Assembly: GCA_012520575.1 (NCBI GenBank)
Contig: JAAYOB010000018.1
Coordinates: 1,505 to 65,504, forward strand
From: Candidatus Stramentimicrobium fermentans
GTDB taxonomy: Bacteria; Atribacterota; Phoenicimicrobiia; Phoenicimicrobiales; Stramentimicrobiaceae
Reading direction: 5' to 3'
Length of the DNA stretch: 64,000 nt
Shown here: positions 19,915 through 29,744 of the stretch, in pieces
Position numbering within the stretch: the first letter of the stretch is position 1
Layout of the letters: the number at the start of each line of letters is the position of its first letter
Notes under the pieces: model-generated
Told to the model about the DNA's origin: nothing
What the model saw: the letters and a program-made list of their open reading frames with translations, nothing else
Databases searched by the model: none
Made by a program: the position numbers and the translations under genes

Positions 19915-20100
19915 ATTTAATCCGTTTCACTTCCGTTACCGTCCAGGATTTACGAAGGGCGGCCCCGTGTTTAGTTTTAAACTCATCAGCTCTTGTGGTT
20001 CGTCTAATTTAACCGATCTTCTCTGTTTCAAATTCTTCTGTTATCAGGATAACAGAATTGAGTAAGAGGGCAATTTTATTTGTATAGCATAAACCATTTA
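19915..20100 (-). mobile_element. Degraded transposase C-terminal fragment (IS1182/IS5-like)
   Basis: Minus strand ...*IRRTTRADEFKTKHGAALRKSWTVTEVKR resembles the RR...EFK..Y..R..VE.T..E.KR segment; contains an internal stop. Confidence 0.4.
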
Positions 20101-20470
20101 ACAAAAAATTTCTCTATAATATTCTACATGGATAGTTGTGATATTAAAGATAAAAATGCTATGTGAGAGTAAAAACACTTTCAGTCGTCACTATGCTATT
20201 CAATAATTAGCTAGAATATAATAAATGATTAACTTAACATAAAGTAAAGGATTACTTTGTTATTTCATAGAGACTTTTCTTGTTTATTATGCTGAATTTA
20301 TAAAAATCAAGAATTACTTATAGAACATATACTTACATATTTTTTCGAATTATTAAAATTTGAAATAAAAGGAGGTAGATATTTGCAAAATAACATTAAA
20401 ATAGAAAAACATTAAGGTTATGTAAACTATTCTAAATTGATAAATAGTAATAATTAAGGAGATATGTAAA

Positions 20471-21544
20471 ATGACTAAAATTATGAAAAAAAGTTTGATT
20501 ACTGTAGTATTGTTATTTTTTGCAATCACATTATTTCCAACAATAATCTTTTCAGCAGATCAACCAAGTGTAGTGATTAAGTTTAGTCAGTGGGACGGGG
20601 AAGTAGGGATGTTGGAAAATATTTATCCAGCATATGTGCAAACATTTAAATCTTTGGTGGAAAGTAAATCGAATGGGAAAATTACTATACAGGTATTTCC
20701 AAATCAACAATTAGGTAGTTTACCGTCGACGCTAGAACAAGTTTATAAAGGAACCATTGAAATGACTTCTGGGCAGAATACAGGTTTATTTGCTAGTTAT
20801 TATCCAGATATAGCAGTTTTTGATATTCCCTTTGCATTTAGAGATCTTTTGGTTGCTTTTGAAGTTGCTAAAGGTGAGTTTGGAATAAACATGAAAAAGA
20901 ATATTGTCGAAGAAACTGGTATAAGAATTTTATCATTTCTCCCAACCAGTTATAGAAATTTTGGCAATAATATAAGATTGATTAAAGAACCTAATGACTT
21001 AAAAGGAATGAAAATTAGAGTAATGCAGGGAGACATATACATGGAATTGATGAAAGTATTAGGAGCTAATCCTGTTGTAATAGATGCAGCAGAATTGTAC
21101 ACGGCTATTCAAACTGGAGTTGCCGACGGTCAAGAAAATTCACCATATAATATTTTAGGTATGAAACTTGAAGAAGTAATAGACTATTATACTCTATCTG
21201 CTCATCTTCTCAATATAGCAGCGGTTTCAATAAATGAAAAATTTTTTCAGTCATTACCAAAAGAATATCAAAAAATAGTATTAGATTCTGCGAGAATAGC
21301 CGAGATAAGTATGATAGGTACTGCAATCGCAAAAGAAAAAAATATTGATTTGAAAGCAATTAAAAAAGCGGGAGTTGAAATTTACCAGCCGAATGAAGAA
21401 GAAATTTTAAAATTTAAAGAATTAGCCCAGGAGCCAATCAAAAAACTATTAGTCGAAAAGATGAGAGTTAATCCCGCAACTATAGATGAAATGTTTCAAG
21501 CTATACAAGAAGCAGAATATAAGCTTGATACACTATGGTACTAA
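20471..21544 (+). CDS. dctP: TRAP transporter substrate-binding protein DctP
   Basis: Signal peptide, VFPNQQLG, DLKGMKIRV and YTAIQTGVADGQEN. Confidence 0.93.
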   Translation: MTKIMKKSLITVVLLFFAITLFPTIIFSADQPSVVIKFSQWDGEVGMLENIYPAYVQTFKSLVESKSNGKITIQVFPNQQLGSLPSTLEQVYKGTIEMTSGQNTGLFASYYPDIAVFDIPFAFRDLLVAFEVAKGEFGINMKKNIVEETGIRILSFLPTSYRNFGNNIRLIKEPNDLKGMKIRVMQGDIYMELMKVLGANPVVIDAAELYTAIQTGVADGQENSPYNILGMKLEEVIDYYTLSAHLLNIAAVSINEKFFQSLPKEYQKIVLDSARIAEISMIGTAIAKEKNIDLKAIKKAGVEIYQPNEEEILKFKELAQEPIKKLLVEKMRVNPATIDEMFQAIQEAEYKLDTLWY

Positions 21545-21680
21545 TAGCAAATGTTAATAAAGGGCTTACTGAAAAATGGGCTACATATAAGGTATTCTAA
21601 CCAATACATCTAAAGATATGCTAGAATATCCTAGGCAAATTAGATACTAAATAATGTATACACCAAAATCGTGCTACCCC

Positions 21681-22090
21681 TGTGAATAGTATTAAGATGC
21701 ACAGACATCGTGAACTATAAATAATCGATCTTTGCCAATAACATAGAGCTTTTTGGTAAAGGGTAAGCATATCCCCCATAACTATCTTATGACCATGATA
21801 GATATGCAGCCTTTCTTCCTATGTATCAATGGTTGCCCAAACATGCTTATGTTCTAACTCCTTCAGATATGGCGAATCCCTCCCCAAAAGACATTCAATA
21901 GGCAGCTGCTGCGAATAAAATGGATAAGATAAATGATCCAGGCATAATTACCATCTTTTCTGGCAACTGAAAATCCGTTGGTAGATACTCAGATTTTCTG
22001 GTATATTTATCCGTTGTGTTAGGGCGTCCTAATGCGTGCTGCAATGATGATATTGATTATTAAATTGCTCAATGAAATTGATTTCTCCTT
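21681..22090 (-). mobile_element. Degraded IS481-like (integrase-core) transposase 3' part with right end
   Basis: Frameshifted fragments EQFNNQYHHCSTH, IHFIRSSCLLNVF and ELEHKHVWATIDT*EERLHIYH; terminal ...GTTCACGATGTC...TATTCACA (TGT end at 21681). Confidence 0.55.
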
Positions 22091-22099
22091 ATCGACTTT

Positions 22100-22300
22100 G
22101 GGACTCTGGTGTGGTCTTCTGGAACGCTCTTTGGCCCATTGAGTCCCATCTAAGCTATACTTTTGGCCATTTAAAAAACCAAGTCTTTCCTTTACCAAGG
22201 CTCTTATAAGCCTCTTTAGGTGGTTTACCAGCAAGGTGTCATAGTCTTTTCTATTAACTTTGCTATATCCATATACCAATCCCCTTATTATCAAGGTCAG
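22100..22300 (-). mobile_element. Degraded DDE transposase N-terminal fragment (IS1182/IS4/IS5-like)
   Basis: RKDYDTLL..LKRLIRALVKERLGFLNGQKYSLDGT resembles the segment ending in the first catalytic DGT. Confidence 0.45.
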
Positions 22301-22384
22301 TATATAAAATGTCTGTAGCTATAGTTTGCGGTATATATAAATTTGTCAATTAAATATTAAAATAACCAGAAAGGAGTTCAGTCA

Positions 22385-22897
22385 ATGCTGGAGATTGTTA
22401 AATTATGCGAAAGATCAAGTAAGATCATAAAAAATGTTTCTGAAACAATATCTTCAATTATTTTAGGACTTGTCGTAATTATATTATTTGTTCAAGTCTT
22501 ATTGAGATATTTATTTAAAGCTAGTATTGCTGGAAGCGATACTTTGGCTGTTTATTCAATTATATGGGTAGCTATGTTAGCATGTAATGCTCTTATACAA
22601 GAGAAAAATTTAATAAAGGTTGATTTTTTCGATCATTTATGGCCTCAAAGCTTGAAAAAAATAAGAAAAATTATGCTAGATATAATCTTTTTGATTTTGC
22701 TTTACATTTTAACAATTGAAGGGTTTAAACAAGCTATTGATGGTTTAAAAATTACTATACCAGGTCTTAATCCTGTTCCATGGTTTTGGGCATATTTAGC
22801 CATTCCTATAGGCGCGGCGCTTATGCTTTGTCAATATTTAAGTTCAATCATAATTGATATTGCTAGTACATCTAATAAGGGGGATTTAAACAAATGA
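22385..22897 (+). CDS. dctQ: TRAP transporter small permease DctQ
   Basis: Four TM segments, QVLLRYLF, IKVDFF and WAYLAIPIG. Confidence 0.9.
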   Translation: MLEIVKLCERSSKIIKNVSETISSIILGLVVIILFVQVLLRYLFKASIAGSDTLAVYSIIWVAMLACNALIQEKNLIKVDFFDHLWPQSLKKIRKIMLDIIFLILLYILTIEGFKQAIDGLKITIPGLNPVPWFWAYLAIPIGAALMLCQYLSSIIIDIASTSNKGDLNK

Positions 22898-24192
22898 GCT
22901 TTGCTTTATTTACAGTTGTATTTGTACTTTTATTTTTACTCATATTAGGATCTCCTGTAGTATTTGCAATAGGTGCATCAGGTTTGAGCTACTTTATAGT
23001 TAAGCCAGAAATGATTAGTCTGATTTCAATTATTCCGCACAGATTTTTTACAGGAATGGATAGTTTCATTTTTTTATGTATTCCATTTTTTATGCTAGCT
23101 GGCGAATTGATGTCTCAAGTGGGAATGATGGATCAGCTAGTGAGATTTGCTCAATTAGTTGTTGGTAGATTAGAAGGTGGATTAGCATATACAAATGTTT
23201 TAGCTAGTATGTTATTTGGAGGGATATCCGGGTCAGCTTTAGCGGATGTTGCGGCACTTGGACCAGTTGAAATAGGATTGATGACCAAAGATGGCTATTC
23301 ACCAGAATTTAGCGCTGCACTTACTGCGACATCATCTATACAAGGGCCAATAATTCCTCCGAGTATACCTATGGTAATATTTTCTAGTTTAACTTATGCA
23401 TCTATAGGGGGATTATTTTTAGGCGGTTTGATTCCAGGCATTTTAATTGGAATTGGACAAATGATAGTTGTCTACATTATGTCGAAAAAAGGAAATTTTC
23501 CTAAGCGAACTGAAAAAATTGGTTTTAAGGAAAGTATCAACATATGCAAAACTGCGATTCCGGCACTGCTTATGCCGTTAATTATTATAGGAGGAATAAT
23601 AACTGGAGTCGTTACGGCCACCGAGGCCTCAGTTTTATCCGTTTTTTATACCGCTATAGTTGGAATATTTTATTACAAGAAACTTACAGCATCTATGGTT
23701 TTAGATGCACTAAAAAAAACTGTTAAATTAACAAGCTCAATTTATTTAATTATTGCATTTACTTCAATAATTGGTTGGATATTTGCTATAGAAAGAGTGC
23801 CAACAATTATTCAAGGTATTGTTGAAGACAATAATTTATCTGTCTATCAATTGTTCTTTTTTGTTAATATTTTTTTCCTGTTCAATGGGATGTGGATTTC
23901 GGATGTTGTGCAATTAGTATTATTTGCACCAATTTTCACGCCTATTTTTGCTTCTTTAGGCATACATCCAATTCATTTTGGTGTTGTTATGGTGGTAAAT
24001 GTAATGTTAGGTATGATTACTCCCCCTTATGGTACAGCTCTATATCTAGCAGCTGAAATAGGGGGTGTTCAATTGAAGGACTTAGTTAGAGAAACTATCC
24101 CATTTACCATAGTAAGTATTTTAGTGTTATTTTTAATAACTTATTTTCCACCAATAATTTTGTTTGTTCCACGGTTGTTTGGTTTCTTATAA
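22894..24192 (+). CDS. dctM: TRAP transporter large permease DctM
   Basis: IPFFMLAGELM, FGGISGSALAD, IIPPSIPM, GIHPIHFG and ITPPYG. Confidence 0.95.
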   Translation: MSFALFTVVFVLLFLLILGSPVVFAIGASGLSYFIVKPEMISLISIIPHRFFTGMDSFIFLCIPFFMLAGELMSQVGMMDQLVRFAQLVVGRLEGGLAYTNVLASMLFGGISGSALADVAALGPVEIGLMTKDGYSPEFSAALTATSSIQGPIIPPSIPMVIFSSLTYASIGGLFLGGLIPGILIGIGQMIVVYIMSKKGNFPKRTEKIGFKESINICKTAIPALLMPLIIIGGIITGVVTATEASVLSVFYTAIVGIFYYKKLTASMVLDALKKTVKLTSSIYLIIAFTSIIGWIFAIERVPTIIQGIVEDNNLSVYQLFFFVNIFFLFNGMWISDVVQLVLFAPIFTPIFASLGIHPIHFGVVMVVNVMLGMITPPYGTALYLAAEIGGVQLKDLVRETIPFTIVSILVLFLITYFPPIILFVPRLFGFL

Positions 24193-24480
24193 AATAAACG
24201 TTATATTTTATTTCAATAATAAAAGCAAGTTTCTATGTTGCTCGTTTTTATTTTTGTGTGAATATAGACTTGAGTTAAGAATTATACATAATATAAAAAT
24301 ATAATAGTTACTTTTTGAAATATCTATATTTTCAAGGATAATGTACTTAGTAAACAAGCTATAAGTTTTTATTCTTAAGACATGATAACTTCCAGAAGTT
24401 ATCATGTATACTAAACAGAAAACTGCCTTTCCAGAGTAGACAGCACACAATAAGTTTAAATTAATGAATGGGAGCAAGAT

Positions 24481-25434
24481 ATGAGAAAAAATGTTCTACT
24501 TATAAATCCTACAATAAGACCTATTGGGGTAGAGTTGTTAGAAAAAGAGTGCAATATTTTTATGGCGCCAGATGGCAAAGAGGATACACTTATTAGATAT
24601 ATAGTCGATAATAATATTGATGCAATTGTTACCCGGGTTGAAAAGATTACTAAGAATATTATTAAAAATTGTAATAAACTGAAAATAATAGCTCAACATG
24701 GAGTTGGAGTAGACAACATTGATGTAATTGCCGCAACAGAAAAGGGAATAATGGTATTAAATGTTCCTGACGCGAATTATGTTTCTGTAGCCGAACATGC
24801 CCTAATGTTGGTATTAGCATTAAGCAGAAGGTTATTAATGGCTGATAAAAATGTAAGAATGGGAAACTGGGAGTTTAGAGAAACCAATATTCCTATTGAG
24901 ATAGCTAAGAAAAATTTATTTATTATAGGATTAGGAAGGATAGGGAAGGAATTCGCACAAAAAGCGAAAGCCATGGATATGAATGTCAAAGGATATGATT
25001 TGTATGTGTCTAAAGCAGAGATGGCATCGATAGGAGTCGAAAAAATTGATGAACTTATGGATGGAATAAAAGACGCAGATTTTATAAGCATACACACCCC
25101 TTTAACACTAGAAACAAAAGGATTGATATCGAGTGAGCAGTTTAGTGCGATGAAAAACGATGCATATATAATAAATCTTGGCAGGGGCTCTATAATAGAT
25201 GAAAAAGCATTATACGATGCTTTAAAAAATAAAGAGATAGCTGGAGCAGGACTAGATGTTTTTGAATTAGAACCAGCAGATAAAAGTAATCCATTATTTG
25301 AATTTGATAATGTTATTGTTACACCACATTTTGGTGGAGATACAATAGAGGGAAAAGATAGATGTTCATTAAAATGTGCGCAAGCATTAATAGAGGCTTT
25401 AAATGGGAAAATCCCATATAATTGCGTTAATTAG
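24481..25434 (+). CDS. D-isomer-specific 2-hydroxyacid dehydrogenase (SerA-like catalytic domain)
   Basis: GVGVDNID, VAEH, GLGRIG, NLGRG, LDVFELEP and TPH. Confidence 0.93.
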   Translation: MRKNVLLINPTIRPIGVELLEKECNIFMAPDGKEDTLIRYIVDNNIDAIVTRVEKITKNIIKNCNKLKIIAQHGVGVDNIDVIAATEKGIMVLNVPDANYVSVAEHALMLVLALSRRLLMADKNVRMGNWEFRETNIPIEIAKKNLFIIGLGRIGKEFAQKAKAMDMNVKGYDLYVSKAEMASIGVEKIDELMDGIKDADFISIHTPLTLETKGLISSEQFSAMKNDAYIINLGRGSIIDEKALYDALKNKEIAGAGLDVFELEPADKSNPLFEFDNVIVTPHFGGDTIEGKDRCSLKCAQALIEALNGKIPYNCVN

Positions 25435-25579
25435 GTATTCAGCTAAATAAAACATTTAGAGCATATAATAGCGGGGTCTATAATTGAAAAATAATACCCA
25501 ATCATAAATTTATCTAAAAAGTGAGGGTAGCAAAAAGATAACTTTGATATCATAATAAATAATTAATAGTGTGGAGCAG

Positions 25580-25745
25580 TTCCCAAATTATAAGTTCTTA
25601 AAAGTTACACTGGTTCTACAGGGGGGATTATTATACCCAATTTTCAGAAACATTTTTACTGATATAATTCTTGGAATGTCGAAAGTTTAACATGTAGATA
25701 AGCTATTAAATCTTCAGAAAGGTTATACAATGTCTTTTTAAGCCC
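25580..25745 (+). pseudogene. Remnant of a LacI-family transcriptional regulator
   Basis: Frameshifted pieces GSTGGIIIPNFQKHF/FTDIILGM and QKGYTM match LacI T..IG.IIP...N.FF..II.GI....GY. Confidence 0.45.
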
Positions 25746-26970
25746 AAATGACTTTACCGTAATGCTTGATTTAAAGATTAAATGAGTATATTTGCAAAAC
25801 AGCCGGTATCTCAATTTTCCAAAAAGACAACTAACGGTTAATCAAATATTTTCCTCTGTTTGTGAATATTGCAATTTTGCTCTGATTTTTCGAATCTACT
25901 TCGGTGATTCTCCTACTGGGAGAGCCTTTTCCTCTAAATTCTAATAGTTTTACTCCATTTTTCTTTGGTTGATTTAGCTTATCTCCTCTGGGCCGAAGTC
26001 CTCCGGGAAATCATAAGCAATTATGTTTTTATAATAGCTGCCACTTTTATCATTTGTAGAAGATCATTCGTTTTTTAATACTTACAAAAGATGCGTTCCG
26101 GGATTATAGAATGTCCGGCTTTTCTCTAAGAAGATAGAGTTTTCTTTCGATAAGAGAATTGGGAAAGGAGGATAAAGGCTGGTCTGTGATACGGGCTGAT
26201 ATGCCCAGAATCTTCAGTTTACTGTATTAATCTGCTTTTTTACTTATCAGTTTTCTTTGTTGGGCAAATAATTTAGGAAACTTATCTTTTTCCAATAAGA
26301 CACTCATAAAACTCTCTCTTTTTTCTTATCCCTACAATGCAAAAGCGAAAAACTGAAGTATAAAAGATGATAAAAATATTTTTATTTCTAAATTTAAAAA
26401 GCTATTTCTAATATAAAATCTAATTTTAAAATTCTCTCTCAGAGAGATTGGTATTATTCAGAATTAGTGTTCTTCTTGCTACCTTAGGTAGCTACCCATA
26501 CTGCAAAAATACAACAAGGTGATTATCTGAGGTAAGGAGGGGAATTAACAGAAAGTGGTTAGTGTAAAGAGCAAAAAGAATTATAATTTTAAATAAAGAG
26601 TGTGGGAATAAATGGATGGGACTGCCACAAAAAAGCTTGTGTTTTTTGGCAAAGGCAGGTAAGACACCTTCTATAATGTTTCCCCCTTCTGTTTTTAATA
26701 GAAATATTGCAACTGCTTTATATTTACTTTTTCGTTATTTATTTCTTAGAGAGTAGTCCTTGTCTTGATATAGATACTAAACAAGAGAAATTATTAATAA
26801 TGGGAATACAAGGTGGCATTCTTTTTAATAGGTCATGTCTTGATTCATCAGTTTTTTGTGATGTTTTTAAAAATGGTCATCTGTTTATAGATAAACAATA
26901 CTTTGCAATTCTATAAGATAATAAGGGAATGAGTATGAATACTGCTTGTAATGAGAGGGAGTGACTCTAA

Positions 26971-27153
26971 ATGGAAAAAGCGGGATATTGCATTTTAATA
27001 CTCGCAACCATTGCCTGGATTATTGCCGGTATTTGCGGAATGTTTCAGAACGTCTGGATTGGCATAATCTGGGTTCACCATAATTGGATTGCAGGTACGT
27101 ACACCCGCAAAAAGGAATTTTTCAATCACGGGTGCACTCAACTAAACAATTAA
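26971..27153 (+). pseudogene. Small membrane protein gene, probably frameshifted or truncated
   Basis: GGGAG RBS; hydrophobic N-half MEKAGYCILILATIAWIIAGICGM..IGII, after which composition breaks down. Confidence 0.35.
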
Positions 27154-27283
27154 ATTGTGGCAAAAAAGGAATATTTATGAGATAATATGTAGATAATAAG
27201 AGTACTTTGATTCTCATTTCTCAAGTATTATCATTGCTGCCATTTACAGCCAGCGTTCCTTGAATAAATAGAATGGAGATAAT

Positions 27284-28741
27284 ATGAAAGAGCCAGGGGG
27301 AAATTTTACCTCAAAAAGAAAATTATCAAAACAGCAGCAGACAGAGCTCATTGCAAACGAAGACAGGTTTCATAATCTCATTGAAATGCTGCCCGGCATG
27401 GTTGTTGAATCGGACCTTGACGGGAATATTGCTTATATTAATAAAAAGGGTTTAGAAATACTGGGCTATACAGCTGAGGAAATAAAAGAAAAGAATATCT
27501 GGGAATTACTTGCCAGACCATGTTTGGGGAAAGACAAGAATAGATTAAAAAAATTATTTTTAAAAGGAATAAAATACCCGCAGGAATATTATTTAATTCG
27601 GAAAGACCAATCCTTGCTCCCCATTGAAATTCACTGTTCTCCCATAAAAGATTCTAAAGGTAAATTGATCGGTTTTCAAGGTATCCTGCTCGATATAACT
27701 TCACGTAAGAAATACGAAGATAAGATTAAGCATCTCTGTTTTCATGATAAATTAACCGGTCTATATAACCGCGCTTATTTTGAAGAAGAGCTGGAGAGAT
27801 TAAATAATAGCCGGCTGCTGCCCATAAGCGTCATAATGGGTGATGTGAATAATCTAAAGGTGATTAATGATACTTTCGGTCATCAGCACGGTGACCAGCT
27901 GTTGATTAAAATAGCTGATATTTTGCGCTCCACCTTTAGGAAGAGTGACGTAATCAGCCGGTTCGGGGGAGATGAATTTAGCATCATCCTTCCCAATACT
28001 TCTTACGAAAAGGGTGTAGAGATAATTAACCGAGTGAAAAAAGCCTGTCAAAAGAACAGTACCCTAAATTTGTTCTTAACTATCTCACTGGGGATTGCCA
28101 CTAAAGAGTATGCCTCTCAAAATATTAATACCGTACTGAGAGATGCAGAAGCAGAAATGTATCGCTTTAAAACACTTAATAAGGCAACCATAGAGAGGGA
28201 TATATTCGCTTCTTTAGAGAGAGCTTTACGTCAAAAGGATGTAGAAACTGAGGAATATCGGCATGATCTTATTGAATGCGCTCTAAAATTTGGCAAATTC
28301 TTAAAATTAAAGAAGAAAGAATTGGAAGATCTGAAATTATTGGCTACCATCTGCGATATAGGAAAGATAGCAGTGAGTGAAGAGATTATTCTGAAAAAAG
28401 GCTGGCTGAGCGAGGGTGAATGGTGTGAAATAAGGAAGCATCCTGAAATCGGCTTCAGAATTGCCAAGTCGGCTCCCAAGATTGCCCATTTAGCCGATGC
28501 AATTTTGTACCACCATGAATTTTGGGATGGCAATGGTTATCCCCATGGTTTAAAAGGTGAGAAAATACCGTTTCTTTCCAGGATCATACATGTAATAACT
28601 GCCTATCAGGCAATGACTCATAAGCGTCCTTATCGTGAAGCTATGACTAGGGAGGATGCCATTCAAGAGTTGAGAAATGGTCTGGGCAGCCAATTTGATC
28701 CCGAATTGACTGTTATGTTTATTGATATGCTTGCTGACTGA
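27284..28741 (+). CDS. PAS-GGDEF-HD-GYP c-di-GMP signalling protein
   Basis: PAS/PAC, HDKLTGLYNR, RKSD I-site, GGDEF and HHEFWDGNGYP. Confidence 0.93.
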   Translation: MKEPGGNFTSKRKLSKQQQTELIANEDRFHNLIEMLPGMVVESDLDGNIAYINKKGLEILGYTAEEIKEKNIWELLARPCLGKDKNRLKKLFLKGIKYPQEYYLIRKDQSLLPIEIHCSPIKDSKGKLIGFQGILLDITSRKKYEDKIKHLCFHDKLTGLYNRAYFEEELERLNNSRLLPISVIMGDVNNLKVINDTFGHQHGDQLLIKIADILRSTFRKSDVISRFGGDEFSIILPNTSYEKGVEIINRVKKACQKNSTLNLFLTISLGIATKEYASQNINTVLRDAEAEMYRFKTLNKATIERDIFASLERALRQKDVETEEYRHDLIECALKFGKFLKLKKKELEDLKLLATICDIGKIAVSEEIILKKGWLSEGEWCEIRKHPEIGFRIAKSAPKIAHLADAILYHHEFWDGNGYPHGLKGEKIPFLSRIIHVITAYQAMTHKRPYREAMTREDAIQELRNGLGSQFDPELTVMFIDMLAD

Positions 28742-29044
28742 GTGAGTATAAAGGTAGAATAAAACAATACAAAAATTTAGCAAATGTTTTTCCTAATTCC
28801 CGCTTGGATACTTTTTCGCTGAAAGATAATTAAAAATAATTTGATTTATTCTTATTTCTCCCGCTAAAGCCGTTGCTTGTCACCCCTATGTATTTCTGCC
28901 TTGCACTTCTTCTGCAATAATGATAACCATAAATATAGTGTGCAATATTGGTAATAATATAATAGTATTGTAATGGAACAGAACATTCTGCTAAGTGATC
29001 TTAACACTGTTTGAGAAAAGATGAGTCATAGGGAGGGGTATAGG

Positions 29045-29737
29045 ATGACTCTTTTAGAACTAAAACAAATCAAAAAGACTTACTTACAGGGCAAGATGGA
29101 AGTACCCGCTCTTAGAGGAGTGGACTTGATAGTAGATAAGGGCGAGTTTATTACTATCTTTGGTCCCTCCGGGTCGGGTAAAACCACTCTGCTCAACATG
29201 ATTGGTTGTTTAGATACCCCTACCGATGGCGAGATTTATCTTAACGGTAATAGAATCAGTGCCCTCTCTAAGAAAGAACTCGCCCTGATTAGAAGGAATA
29301 ATATCGGGTTTATTTTTCAAAGCCATAACCTTATACCGGTTTTGACGGCATATGAAAATGTGGAATTTGCCCTGCTGCTTATTGGAAGATTATCAGAGGG
29401 AGAGACGAGAGAAAGAGTATTTAAAATGCTGGCTAAGGTAGGTTTAAAGGGCAAAGAAAATCGTAAACCCGGAGAATTATCCGGTGGAGAGAATCAGAGA
29501 GTAGCCATAGCACGTGCTTTAATCAAAGAACCCAAGTTAATTTTAGCCGATGAGCCTACCGCTAATTTAGATTCAGAGAATGCCCTGGATGTTATTAAGA
29601 TTATGACCATGATGAATATGGAATTAGGCAACACTTTTATTTTTTCCACTCATGACCCGCAGATTAGGGAATATGCCCGGAGGTATATCAATCTGAGAGA
29701 CGGGCTTATTTTTTCCGATAAGAAGAAGGAGCAGTAA
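29045..29737 (+). CDS. ABC transporter ATP-binding protein, LolD/MacB-type
   Basis: GPSGSGKT, LSGGENQRVAIARAL, ADEPTANLD and STHD. Confidence 0.93.
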   Translation: MTLLELKQIKKTYLQGKMEVPALRGVDLIVDKGEFITIFGPSGSGKTTLLNMIGCLDTPTDGEIYLNGNRISALSKKELALIRRNNIGFIFQSHNLIPVLTAYENVEFALLLIGRLSEGETRERVFKMLAKVGLKGKENRKPGELSGGENQRVAIARALIKEPKLILADEPTANLDSENALDVIKIMTMMNMELGNTFIFSTHDPQIREYARRYINLRDGLIFSDKKKEQ

Positions 29738-29744
29738 ACCGGAG

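Noticed and set aside
22019..22294. 91-aa ORF as a real gene
   Set aside because: It is a chimeric read-through of two transposase remnants
25850..26920. Further stop-interrupted frames, the 69-aa ORF at 26707 and small palindromes
   Set aside because: They look like gene debris, but no family could be recognised
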